Assembly (NCBI GenBank): GCA_963741255.1
Contig: CAVUHM010000005.1
Span: forward strand, 32,750-96,749
Origin: an uncultured Gammaproteobacteria bacterium
GTDB taxonomy: Bacteria > Pseudomonadota > Gammaproteobacteria > Steroidobacterales > Rariloculaceae
Direction of reading: 5' to 3'
Length of the DNA stretch: 64,000 nt
The notes under the pieces: generated by a model
Told to the model about the DNA's origin: nothing
Seen by the model: the letters and a program-made list of their open reading frames with translations, nothing else
Databases searched by the model: none
Shown here: positions 19,080 through 29,270 of the stretch, in pieces
How positions within the stretch are numbered: position 1 is the first letter of the stretch
Layout: every line of letters starts with the position of its first letter
Translations under genes and position numbers: made by a program

Positions 19080-19604
19080 ATGCCGATGCAGGCGGAATCG
19101 CTCGAGGTTCTGGAGAAAGCCAGCGTTGCACCGGCGCAAGCGCGTGCGTTCGTGCGCGCGATCGAAATCGAGATCGCCGGAGCCAAGGACACGCTCGCGA
19201 CGAAGCACGACCTGTTATTGCTGCGACAGGATTTTGACGCGTTGCGCGTGGATCTGCGTGGCGAGATGACCAAGCTCGACTCCGGGTTGCGCGGTGAGAT
19301 GACCAAGCTCGAAGCCGGGCTGCGGGGCGATATGACCAAGCTCGAAGCCGGGCTGCGGGGCGATATGACCAAGCTTGAAGCCGGGCTGCGCGGCGATATG
19401 ACCAAGCTTGATGTCGAGTTGCGCGGCGAAATGGTAAAGCTCGGCGCGAAGTTCGACACCGATCTCGCGAAAGGACTGGCCGAGGTGCGAGCGCAGATCG
19501 CAATCAGCGTGGGCGGCGTCACGCGCCAGATGTACCTGGCTATTCTGGGTCAGATGGCCGTCCTGCTCGGGTTCGCCTATTTCTTCGCCACGCATCTGCG
19601 TTGA
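19080..19604 (+). CDS. Coiled-coil, C-terminally TM-anchored protein with six 11-residue repeats (DUF1640-like)
   Basis: Intact 174-aa ORF. The repeats LRG(E/D)MTKL(E/D)(A/S)G occur six times and are followed by the TM segment MYLAILGQMAVLLGFAYFFA. A TTGACT (19046) and TATCAT (19071) pair lies immediately upstream of the ATG. Confidence 0.75.
   Translation: MPMQAESLEVLEKASVAPAQARAFVRAIEIEIAGAKDTLATKHDLLLLRQDFDALRVDLRGEMTKLDSGLRGEMTKLEAGLRGDMTKLEAGLRGDMTKLEAGLRGDMTKLDVELRGEMVKLGAKFDTDLAKGLAEVRAQIAISVGGVTRQMYLAILGQMAVLLGFAYFFATHLR
19254..19451 (+). repeat. In-frame tandem repeat, 6 x 33 bp
   Basis: Units start at 19254, 19287, 19320, 19353, 19386 and 19419. Units 3 and 4 differ by a single base (ctc/ctt). 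Confidence 0.9.
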
Positions 19605-19771
19605 CTCGGCGGCTGGCGCTACCCCCGATCTTCATAAGATTTCGTTGGACGGCGGCCCGGCGTCCACCACGCGGCCGGCAACGGCCTATGCTCGGTGGCA
19701 GCCTTGGAGAGCCGTCGTGGCCGTGTAGTACCATCTGCGCTCGCCCCATTTGCACCCCGGAGTCCTCGCGC

Positions 19772-20614
19772 ATGCACAAGAATATTTGGCTCGGTCTCTT
19801 GCTCGGCGGCGTCGCCGCGTCGGCCCACGCCCAGTTCGGCAATGAGCCATCGAAGCTCGAGCTGATCAAGCTTAAGGACGACGTCTACGTCATCCACAAC
19901 GAATACGTTCCCGGCAACACGACTGTGGTAATCACGAACGAGGGCGTGATCCTCGTCGACGACAAGTTCGAGATCGACGCCGACAACATCGCTGCGATGG
20001 TCAAGACGGTCACGAACCAGCCGATCAAGTACGTGATCAACACGCACTACCACGGCGATCACAGCGGCGGTAACGCAAAGCTGCAGGCAAGCGGCACGCT
20101 CGCGGTTGCGTCCGCGCAGGCGCGCGCACGCATGGTCGCTGCGAACCAGTCGGGCCAGCCGGACATCACGATCGCGCCGCGCGGCACGATTCACCTGGGC
20201 GGCAAATCGGCCGAGATCTACTGGTTCGGCCGCGCACACACGGACGGCGACGTGGTCGTGCTGTTTCCTGACGACGGCCTGCTCGCGGCCGGCGACATGT
20301 TCACGGTAGGCGAGGGCACGCCGCAGCTGATCGACTACAACGGCGGCGGCAGCGCGAAGGAGTGGACCGCGACGGTCGAGCAGGTCTTGAAGCTCGACTT
20401 CGACACTGTCGTGCCGGGTCACGGCAACGTCGTGAAGAAGGCCGACATGCAGTCGTTCCGCACGAGCACGCAGCGCTTGACGCAGCTCGTCACGGCGGCT
20501 GTGAAGGCCGGCAAGTCCCGGGCCGACGTCGAGGCGCTGATGCGCATGGAGTTCGGCTGGCAGGACTTCCACGTGCAGATGGCGCTCGACGGCCTGATCA
20601 ACGAGATGCGTTAG
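19772..20614 (+). CDS. Exported MBL-fold metallo-hydrolase (beta-lactamase-like)
   Basis: Internal ATG of ORF 19601-20614 gives MHKNIWLGLLLGGVAASAHAQ. Metal motif INTHYHGDHSGGN. Confidence 0.85.
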   Translation: MHKNIWLGLLLGGVAASAHAQFGNEPSKLELIKLKDDVYVIHNEYVPGNTTVVITNEGVILVDDKFEIDADNIAAMVKTVTNQPIKYVINTHYHGDHSGGNAKLQASGTLAVASAQARARMVAANQSGQPDITIAPRGTIHLGGKSAEIYWFGRAHTDGDVVVLFPDDGLLAAGDMFTVGEGTPQLIDYNGGGSAKEWTATVEQVLKLDFDTVVPGHGNVVKKADMQSFRTSTQRLTQLVTAAVKAGKSRADVEALMRMEFGWQDFHVQMALDGLINEMR

Positions 20615-20645
20615 CGGCGACGTCGCAGGCGAGGGTGGAGCCGAA

Positions 20646-21386
20646 GTGAAGCGCTCGTCCCTGATCGTCGTCGCGGTGCTGGCGTCGCTTGCAGCGGGGC
20701 TCGCATCCGGTCAGTTCCGCCGCCGGCGCTCGATGGTGATCGAGGACAACGATCCCGCCGCCGACGGAGTTCGTCGTCGCGCGCTGGAAGTACGGCACGA
20801 ACGGCGACGATCGGCCACTACGGCTGGTCGCACAACTACCCGGACGCCGAGATGAACCTGAACGAGTTCATCGGCCGCACGACCAGCGTCGACGTCGAGG
20901 ACACCTCGTATCGGCTGCTCGAGCTCTCCGACCCCGAGATCTTCGAGTACCCGTTCGCGTACGTCTCCGAGCCCGGCGAGATGGAGCTCACGGAGGCCGA
21001 GGTCGTGAACTTGCGCGAGTACGTCGACCGCGGCGGCTTCATTCTCATCGACGACTTCGACACGTGGCACATGGACAACTTGCGCGAGGAGATGCTGCGG
21101 GTTTTTCCGGAGCGCGTGTTCGAGCGGCTCAGCGTCGACAATCCGATCTTCGACCTCGTATACACGCTCGAGAGATCTCGAGAGCATGGCGCCGTACACG
21201 CAGGGCGGGACGCCAACCTACTACGGCCTTGTGAACGCCGCTGGCCACATCGCGGTCGTCGCGTGCCACAACAACGATCTCGCGAACTTCTGGGAGTGGT
21301 ACGGCAGCCCGCAGTATCCGCTGCGGCCATCGACCGACGCTTTCCGCATGGGCACGAACTACGTCGTGCATTCGATGACACATTGA
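20646..21386 (+). pseudogene. DUF4159 domain protein, three +1 frameshifts
   Basis: The signal peptide is in ORF 20646-20855. PPTEFVVARWKYGTNG is in the next frame. GHYGWSHNYPDAEMNLNEFIGRTTSV...DPEIFEYPFAYVSEPGEMELTEAEVVNLREYVDRGGFILIDDF is in ORF 20852-21409. The C-terminus MAPYTQGGTPTYYGLVN...NYVVHSMTH is in ORF 21186-21386. Confidence 0.75.
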
Positions 21387-21405
21387 TTTTGATTGGGGGA
21401 TCGAT

Positions 21406-22339
21406 ATGAGTGAGCAGACATCCACGCGCCGTGAGTTCATCGCACGCGCGAGCGCCGCTGCGGCAGCCGCCAGTTTCGCCGGGGCGTGCGCCATTCGCGG
21501 TCTCCGCGCAGCACGCGGTTCCCGAGCGCGCGATTCCGAGCACCGGCGAGAAGCTGCCCGTGATCGGGCTCGGCTCGAGCAAGGTGGTGTCGGAAGTTGC
21601 CGCGAACGGCCCCGAGCCGCTCGCGAACGTGCTGCGCGCGTTGGTCGCGCACGGCGGCAAGCTCGTCGACACGTGGCCGCGTAATCCTGACAACGATGCG
21701 GCGTTCGGGCGCGTGATCACGGCACCCGAATTCACGGGCAAGCTGTTCGTGACCACGAAGATCGATCAGGTGGGCAAGGACGTCGGCGTCGCGCAGTTCC
21801 GGGGCGCACAGCGGGCGTATCAGCGCGAAGTGCTGGATCTCGTGCAGATCTTCAGCCTGACCGACCTCGAAACCCACTGGCCGACTCTCAAGGAGCTCAA
21901 AGCCGAGGGTCATGCGCGCTACATCGGCGTGACCGTGTCCGAGGACGCGCGGCACGACGCTCTCGAAGCGTTCATGCGTCGGGAAAAGCCGGATTTCGTG
22001 CAAATGAATTACTCGATCACGGAACGCGCGGTGGAGGACCGGTTGTTGCCGTTCGCGGCCGAGCGCGGCGTCGCGGTCGTGATCAATCGGCCGTTCATGA
22101 ATGGCGCGTACTTCGATCGCCTCGAGGGGAAGGAACTGCCGGAATGGGCGAAAGAGTTCGGCTGCGAAACGTGGGCGCAGTTCTCGCTGAAATACATCCT
22201 TGCGAACCCGCACTTCACCTGCGTGTTGACGGAGACCAGCAATCCGAAGCACATGGAGGAGAACCTCGCGACGGCGGCGGGAGCGTTGCCGAGCGAGGCG
22301 CAGCGCAAGCGGATGCGCGAGTTCATCGCCACGGTTTAA
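21406..22339 (+). pseudogene. Tat-signal aldo/keto reductase, one +1 frameshift near 21485
   Basis: MSEQTSTRREFIARASAAAAAASFAG (ORF 21406-21684) continues in ORF 21410-22339 with the AKR core (IPSTGEKLPVIGLGS...ARYIGVT). GGGGGA RBS. Confidence 0.85.
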
Positions 22340-22361
22340 CGAGATCACAATAGGGGGAGTC

Positions 22362-22970
22362 ATGCGAACGATCTTAGGATGCGTGGCCGCGGGGGTCGTC
22401 GTGACGGCGGCATTCGTGATCGGTCGATTGTCGGCACAAGAAGGCGTGGCGTCGTGCCGCTTCTGTCCCTCGGATTACATTCCGCGCAGCGAAATCGCGG
22501 AGTACGAAGCGATCGGGCGTGCGACGAACGTGATCGACCAGCAGATGCGCTCGATCGACATCGGCAAGGCACAGGTCGAGATCGCGCTCGTGCACCGCAC
22601 GAAGCTCGATGCGCCGACGCCGCGCTCGGTCGCGACGCACGACCTCGTCAGCGAGGTCTATTACATCTTGAGCGGCTCGGGCACGAATCGCACGGGCCCC
22701 GACGTCGTGGACCCGCAACGCCGGCCGCCGGACGACCGTGCCGTGCGACTCCTGAACGGCCCCGGCGCGAACGGCACCGATTTTCGCAATCCGACCGAGC
22801 ATGAGCTCACGGCCGGCGACGTGCTCGTGATCCCGGCGGGCACGGGGCACCAGTTCACGAAGATCGACGACCACATCACGTACCTGATGATTCGCGTCGA
22901 TCCGGACAAGGTCGTGCCGCTGATGAACGCCGCGGACTCGCGAACGTATCTCGACGCGAACCGTCGTTAA
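22362..22970 (+). CDS. Exported cupin-domain protein
   Basis: Intact 202-aa ORF with a signal peptide. Cupin motifs HDLVSEVYYILSGSG and GDVLVIPAGTGHQF. Confidence 0.7.
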   Translation: MRTILGCVAAGVVVTAAFVIGRLSAQEGVASCRFCPSDYIPRSEIAEYEAIGRATNVIDQQMRSIDIGKAQVEIALVHRTKLDAPTPRSVATHDLVSEVYYILSGSGTNRTGPDVVDPQRRPPDDRAVRLLNGPGANGTDFRNPTEHELTAGDVLVIPAGTGHQFTKIDDHITYLMIRVDPDKVVPLMNAADSRTYLDANRR

Positions 22971-22991
22971 CGCAATTTTGGGGGGAAGATC

Positions 22992-24283
22992 ATGTCGATT
23001 CGCAAATTCGCTTCAGGTCTCGCCGGCGCATTGCTGGCCGTTGCACCGGCTCTATTCGCGCACGCCGAGACGGCCACGCCGCAGAGCGTCGGCCTGTCCA
23101 CGGAGCGCCTGCAGCGCGTGCACGAGCTCGTCGAACGCACGATCGCGGCCGGCGAGATCGCGGGCGCCGTGACGCTCGTCGCGCGCAACGGCCAGGTCGC
23201 CTATCTCGAGGCGCAGGGCGTCATGGACCTCACGTCCAAGAAGCCGATGCAGCCCGACTCGATGTTCCGGATCGCGTCGATGTCGAAGCCGGTGGCGGCC
23301 GTCGCGATTCTGATGCTGGCCGAGGAAGGCAAGGTTCGGCTCAACGACCCCGTCTCGCGCTTCATTCCGGCGTACGCGAATCTCGAGGTCGGCGTCGCGA
23401 AGCCCGCGCCGGCCGGCCCGCCCGGTGCGGCACCTGCGCCGGCGGCAGGCCCCGGCGCGCCGGCACCCGCCTACTACAAGGCGCCCGCGACGCGCGAGAT
23501 CACCGTGCTCGACCTGCTCACGCACACCTCGGGCCTGATGAGCGGCCCGATGGGCAACTCCGTGGCGCAGGCGGCGTTCGTGAAGCGCCACGACATCGGC
23601 TTGAAGTGGACCGAGGAGCTCGGCACGTCGCCGCTCGAGTTCCAGCCCGGCACGCGCTGGGCGTACAGCGCCGTGGCCGGCTTCGACGCGCTCGCGCACA
23701 TCGTCGAGATCGCGTCCGGGCCAGGAGTACGGCGAGTTCCTCGCGCAGCGGCTGTTCGGGCCGCTCGGCATGCGCGACGTGACGTTCTGGCCGAGCACGG
23801 AGCAGCGCATCGCGGCTCGCGACGGTCTATCAACGCCGCGACGGCAAGCTCGTCGCCGGCGAGAACCCCGACTCGATGTCGGGCGAGAGGTACCACGGTG
23901 GCGGCGGCGGCATCATGACCACGGCCGAGACCTACGCGCAGTTCGCGATGATGCTCGCGAACGGCGGCGAGCTGAACGGCGTGCGGATCCTGAGCCCGCG
24001 CACGGTCGAGCTGATGGGCTCCGAGTTCATTCCGTCGACGCTGCCGGGCAGGCCCGCGGGCGAGGGGTACGGGCTCGGTGTCCGCGTCGTGACGAACTCT
24101 GCGGCGCGCGGCACGTGGCTGTCGCAGGGCTCGTTCGGCTGGAGCGGCGCCTACGGCACGCACTTCTGGGTCGACCCGAAGGAGAACCTCGTCGGAATTC
24201 TGCTCGCGCAGACACCGAACCGAACGTTCTCGGCCGACTTCGAGAACGCCGTAATGCAGGCGCTCGTTGATCAGAACGAGTGA
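22992..24283 (+). pseudogene. Serine hydrolase (class C beta-lactamase/PBP family), two +1 frameshifts
   Basis: The SxxK motif is SMSKPV. The reading path runs through ORF 22992-23918, then 23770-24270 (MRDVTFWPSTEQRIA), then 23876-24283 (GGGGIMTTAETYAQFAMML...GWSGAYGTHFWVDPKENLV). Confidence 0.85.
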
Positions 24284-24293
24284 GGTCTCGGCT

Positions 24294-26359
24294 CTAGTCG
24301 CTGAGACCCAGCTCGTCGAGCAGCGCGCGCGGCTTGTAGACCTTCGTCAGCGCCTCGCGGATGAACGCGGGGTGCACGGCGATCGCGCGGTTCTTCGCCG
24401 TGTCGAACCAGTAGGCGCCCGAGATCGAGTGGATGTTGCCGTCGAACAGCAAGCCCGACGATCCGGCCTTCCGCGTCGATCAACGGGCTGCCCGAGTTGC
24501 CGCCGACGATGTCGTTGTTCGTCGAGATGTTGGCCGGCGTCGACAGGTCGAGCGTCGGTTGCACGGCCGTCCAATCGACGGGCACCGCGAACGGCGGTCG
24601 GCCCGTCGCGCGCGCGAACAACCGGTCGAGGCGCGTGAACGGCTCGACGGGCACGCCGCTCTCGCTCCAACCCTGCACGGAACCGAAGTTGATGCGCAGC
24701 GTGAAGGTCGCGTCGGGGTACACGCTCGTGCCGTAGACCGCGAAGCGGGCGCGCGCGATCTGCTCGTGCGCGACCTCGACGACGGCCTCGATCTCCTCCT
24801 CGTGCCACTTGCGCAACGCGCGCGCCTCGCCGTCCAGGCTCTTCGCAAGCTCGATGAACGGATCGGTCGAGGCGTCGATCGCGGCTTGTCCGCCGGACCA
24901 TAGCTGCATCCGTGCCGCGGGTTCGGCCAGCACCGATCCAGCCACCAGGCGCGCCGCGAGCTCGTCCGGGCTCTCGGTGGCGAGCAGGCGCCGGACGACG
25001 GGATGATCGGGACCGAGCCATTCGCGCATGCGCTCCAGCGAGAACGCCAGCGTGAGCCGCTCGAGCTCGGGGTAGATCGGCACCGGCGCCGCAATCTGCT
25101 GCTCGAGTCGTGGCAGGAAGCCATCCGTGTACTCGCGCAGGCGGTCCGCGTTCGGCTTCTCGCGTTCCGCCGCGGCACGCACGAGCTGCCGCGCGGACCG
25201 GAACAGCCGGCTGTTGAAGCCGGTGCCCCCCTCGATGAATTGGTACGGTAGCCAGCGTGTGGCCTCGGCCGCCTGCGCCGTTTCGATGCGCGCCCAGGGG
25301 TCGCCGATTTCGGCTGCGAGCGCCGTATTGCGCGCGAGTCGCTGGCGCAGGTCCGCCTCCGCGTCGTGCTTCGCGACCATCAGCGTGTCGTCGAGCAGCG
25401 CATCGAGTTGCTTGCGCTGCACCTTGATCGTGTTCTCGAGGCTGTCCAGCGAGTCCTGGACGATCGCTTTGCGCGTCGTCACCGGTCTTGCCGAACTGGA
25501 TGTAGCGGCCGCGCAGCTCAGACCCGCGCAGCAGGGTCGGCGGCAGGATCCGATCGCGCAGCGTCTTGAGCTCGGCGACCGTGAGCTGCCGATCCGTCGA
25601 GCCCGGGTGCCCGATCACGAACACGGGTTGGTTGGCTTCGGGGCCCGCGAAATCGATCGTGAGGTGTTCCGGTGTCGAAGCCGGCTGGCCGTCGACGTAG
25701 GCGCGCAGCAGCGAGAAATCCAGGCACCAGCGCGGGAACTGGAAGTTGTCGGGGTCGCCGCCGAAGGCTGCGATCCCGGCCTCCGGCGCGAACACGAGCC
25801 GCACGTCGTCGTAACGGCGGTATTCGTACAGCCAGTACTGGCCGCCGCCGTACAGCGTCACGGCCTCGCACTTGCGCGGATTGCCGGTTTGCTTTGCGGT
25901 CTCCTCGCACTCGAGCTCGAGCGCCGTGAGCGTCTGGCGGCGGCGCTCATTGGCCGCGCGCTCGTCGAGGCCGCGCAGCGCGTCGGCGACCTTGTCCGTG
26001 ACGTTCGTGAGCTTCTCGAGCACGTCCGCGATCTGCACGGGGCAGCGCAGCTCGCGTTGCCTGCCGTCGGCGACGTAGCCGGTGTCGAGCAAGCTCGACT
26101 CGCGCGTCGAGTTCTGCGCGAGGCAGCTCGCGACGCAGTGATGGTTCGTCAGGATCAGCCCGTCCGGCGAGACGAACGACGCCGTGCAACCCGCGAGCCG
26201 CACGACTCCGCGGCGCACGCGGTCGAGCCACGCCTGGTCGATCTCGACGTCGTAGCGCTGCTCGACGAGCGCGCTCGGGAAGTTGTCGAACGTCCACATG
26301 CCTTCGTCGGCCATCGCCGTGGTGGCGATCAGCGCGGCAAGTCCGCTGAGCAGGCGCAT
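24294..26359 (-). pseudogene. S46 family dipeptidyl-peptidase (DPP7/DPP11-like), at least two frameshifts
   Basis: N-terminus MRLLSGLAALIATTAMADEGMWTFDNFP...ILTNHHC (ORF 24347-26359). Middle part in ORF 24271-25482, including NDIVGGNSGSPLIDAEGRIVGL. The C-terminus LLFDGNIHSISGAYWFDTAKNRAIAVHPAFIREAL...LGLSD-stop is in the third frame. Confidence 0.85.
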
Positions 26360-26368
26360 ATGTTCCCC

Positions 26369-27667
26369 CTAGTAAACGATGTCCCAACGCAGCGACAGCT
26401 GCGTGTTGAGCTCATCATCGTTGAAGGTTACGTCGTCCTTCCACTGATAGTCGATAGCGAGCCGCGAGCTCGAGCCAATTCTGCGCAGGTAGCCGACATT
26501 GAAGGCGCGCGGGTTCTCCCCCGTCACGGGATCGTTGTCAAATCGATCCCAGCGCCAATAAACATCATCTCGCGGCGTGAGGTTGAAATCGAAAAATGCC
26601 GTGGCACCCCAGGATTTCTCGCCGGGTGTAAACGCGGGAGCGAACTCCGGATCGAGGCCGAGGAGCGTCGAGGGCGTGTTGCCGCGCACGTACTCGGCGC
26701 GCATGCCGAGCCGTCCGGCGACGAGCTGCACATCGACGCCGGCCGCGTCCTCGTCGGCGTCGCCGGTCACCCCAGGCGGCAAGAGTTGCGTGCCCGCCTG
26801 ATACGAAGCGCCGACCGCGAGGCGTCCCGAGGCGAACTCATGGCGGAGACGCAGGTTGTAGTTCAACTCGTCGTTGCTATCGGCAAAGAACCGATTGCCG
26901 TTGAAGGCGCCGGCATACAGCGTCGTTCCGCGGAGCCAGCCGAGCTGTCCGAGATCCGCGCGCAGCATGAAGCCGCGATCGCGCTGCCCCGGGAAGAAGT
27001 AGCCTGCGAAGATGCTGCGCTCGGGAGACTCGCGCTCGCTGCTCGAGTGCTGGATGTCGAAGCCGAAGGGCTTGACGAACTGCCCCGCGCGCAGCGTGAG
27101 TGCGTCGTTCGCGTAGTATTCAACGAACGCGTCATTGATCAGCTCCTCGCTTGCACCATCTGGAGCGGGATGGTACTGAATCTCGTAGCCCATGCCGACG
27201 CGTTCGCTGACTCTTCCGCCCCACGCGAGCTCGAGTCGGTTGATACCGAAATTGACAGCCGCATCCTCGGTCGCGGCGCCGTCGATGCGGTTCGCGAAGT
27301 ACGCCGTTTGCACGAACAGCTCGGGTTTCGCCTCGAGCTCGTCGCCGCGCTGGTCGCTGCCGAGGTCGGGGACAATGATGCGCTCCGCGAAGGAGATGTC
27401 GCCGGCGACGGTGTTCTCGGCAGCGTCAGAGAGCTCGTTGGTCGTTGTCGGTAGCACGTCGCGCTGGCCCGCGGTGGCATCTTTGACGGCCGCGACCGCA
27501 GCACTGAGATCGTCGAGCGTCGCCGTGAGCTCGGCCACGCGTGCTTGCGCATTGCGCAGCTGTGTTTCGAGTGCCGCGACTCGCTCGTCGGCCGCCGTTT
27601 GCGCGGCCAATGCCGTGGGCAGTGCGAGCAGGCTAACCAGAGCGAGGGACGGGTAGCGACGCGTCAT
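26369..27667 (-). CDS. Outer-membrane beta-barrel porin-like protein with N-terminal coiled coil (porin O/P-like)
   Basis: Intact 432-aa ORF with a signal peptide, a coiled-coil stretch (VAALETQLRNAQARVAELTATLDDL), alternating beta-strand pattern and an aromatic C-terminus (WDIVY). AAAGGAG RBS. Ends 9 nt before the S46 start. Confidence 0.6.
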   Translation of the reverse strand: MTRRYPSLALVSLLALPTALAAQTAADERVAALETQLRNAQARVAELTATLDDLSAAVAAVKDATAGQRDVLPTTTNELSDAAENTVAGDISFAERIIVPDLGSDQRGDELEAKPELFVQTAYFANRIDGAATEDAAVNFGINRLELAWGGRVSERVGMGYEIQYHPAPDGASEELINDAFVEYYANDALTLRAGQFVKPFGFDIQHSSSERESPERSIFAGYFFPGQRDRGFMLRADLGQLGWLRGTTLYAGAFNGNRFFADSNDELNYNLRLRHEFASGRLAVGASYQAGTQLLPPGVTGDADEDAAGVDVQLVAGRLGMRAEYVRGNTPSTLLGLDPEFAPAFTPGEKSWGATAFFDFNLTPRDDVYWRWDRFDNDPVTGENPRAFNVGYLRRIGSSSRLAIDYQWKDDVTFNDDELNTQLSLRWDIVY

Positions 27668-27744
27668 GGCAGCTCCTTTTGGGTCAGGGCCGGCGCGCGC
27701 CGTTGCATGGGCAAGGTACTAGGACGCGGGCGCGCCGCCGATGG

Positions 27745-28939
27745 TTAGTCGAATCTCCAGGCCGAGACGTTTGGCCAATTCACGATGGCTTCCTTGGCAG
27801 CGGCTGGCGTCAGGTCCGAGTGGCACGACGTGCAGGGATTCGGAATTCCATAATGCTCGGTGGCGCTCGGCGAGATGAAGCGGAACGTATGGCTGCGCAC
27901 GTTCACTTCGCCGACCGTGCGCGCGATCTTCGGCATGTGGCAGTCGACGCACTGCACGTTGCCGACGCTGTGATGAGTGTGCTCGACCGTCGTTCCCGGC
28001 GGGCCGACGGGACTCTCGGGGCCGTGACACGTGCCGCAGAGCGATTCGGCCGGCTTGAGCAGATCCGCCGGATTGCTCGTGCCGTGCACGTCGTGACAGT
28101 CCCAGCAGGCGACGCCCTTTGCGATACATCGCGCTCGTGACGTAGTCGTTGCCCTGCATGCGGTTCTTGTGCGCGGAGCCATCCGGCCAGTGCGTGAACG
28201 TCTCTTCGCCGAGCGTGTGCTCCTCGAGGCGCCAGAAGTCGGCAAGCCGCTGACCGGGTTGATAGCCGACCGGCCAGTCGAAGTAACGGCCGGCGATCGG
28301 ATTCGTGAGCGGCTGGCCTTGCGAGTGACACTGCACGCACACGTCCACGCCGCGCGCATGATCGAGCCGAGCCGGGTTGACGATATTAGTGAGTTGCGGA
28401 TTGCGCACGTGCTGCTCGCCCGCGCCATGGCATTTCTCGCAGCCGACGTTCCACTCCGTCACTTGCTTGGTGGCGATGTCGTAGTTCGTCGAATGGCAGC
28501 CGTCGCACAGCGGGCCGGTGGGCCGTTGCATCTGGTCTGCGGGATAGTGCTCCGCCCACCAGTCCGTGCCGTTCTCGACGTAGTAGCGTCGCCAGGTCTT
28601 CGCGAGCACGTCCCACTGGACGGGAAACACGAAATAGTCGTCGCCGCGTTTCGTGAAGTAGCGTTGCTTCCACTTGCTGCCGTACGTGAAGACGATGTCG
28701 TTGCGGTCGAACGTCACGAGCGGGTTCGGTGTGTCGAAGTCGCCGAGCACGGCCTCGGGATGCGCCTGTGCGTCGACGATGACATTGGCCATGCGTGTGT
28801 TCTGCCAGCGCACGTACTCGTTCTCGTGGCAGTCGCGGCAGGCTGCCGAGCCGGTGAAGCTTCCAGTGGGCTGCGCGGGCGCCGACGTCGCAAGCAACAG
28901 GCCGGCAGCAAATACGAGAACAATCCTGTAGGGCGTCAC
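27745..28939 (-). pseudogene. Octaheme c-type cytochrome (cytochrome c554-like multiheme family), one +1 frameshift in a G-run near 28115-28117
   Basis: Eight CxxCH motifs: CRDCH, CDGCH, CEKCH, CVQCH, CWDCH, CGTCH, CVDCH and CTSCH. The GTG at 28939 gives VTPYRIVLVFAAGLLLATSAPAQ. The break falls between YRKG and VACWDCH, where AAAGGGCGTC should read AAAGGCGTC. Pieces lie in ORFs 27719-29410 and 27745-28428. Confidence 0.85.
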
Positions 28940-29270
28940 AGAGTCTCCAAGCCTCACCAAGGCGGACTCGATTCTAGCGATTAGGGTTTGGCTCGGGGTT
29001 AGCTTGCGGTGACTAAAGGGGTAACAGCTCTCGGACCGCCGACACCCTGGGTCAGGTAACCGAAGCCCTCGATGACGTGGTCGCGACCGGGCTGTGCAGC
29101 CAGTCGGCCCACGCGCGCGCGGCCGCGTTGTCGCCGGCGCGCTTGCGCAGCGGAGGTCTTGTCGCGACGGCTCGTGCAGCTCGGTAGGGACTTCGAAATA
29201 TGCCGCAATACCCTGATAAGTCAGTGCTTGTGACCGCGTTCCCCAGGCTTTCGCTTCGGAGCAGGCCGGC

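Noticed and set aside
19254-19451. Regularly spaced 33-bp repeats considered as a possible CRISPR array
   Set aside because: The units are contiguous with no unique spacers. They are in frame within a coding sequence and encode an 11-residue peptide repeat. No cas genes are present.
25127-27454. 775-aa plus-strand ORF
   Set aside because: It is antisense to the S46 peptidase and the porin, both of which have strong family signatures. Its composition is that of a GC-rich shadow frame.
28940-29270. 330-nt spacer between the AlgE-like barrel and the octaheme cytochrome, with a 69-aa ORF (28999-29208, minus), considered as a gene remnant or sRNA
   Set aside because: I could not support any family resemblance or convincing structure. 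A TAGAAT -10-like hexamer near 28971-28976 and an AT-rich patch near 29195-29235 suggest it is simply the promoter region for the cytochrome gene.
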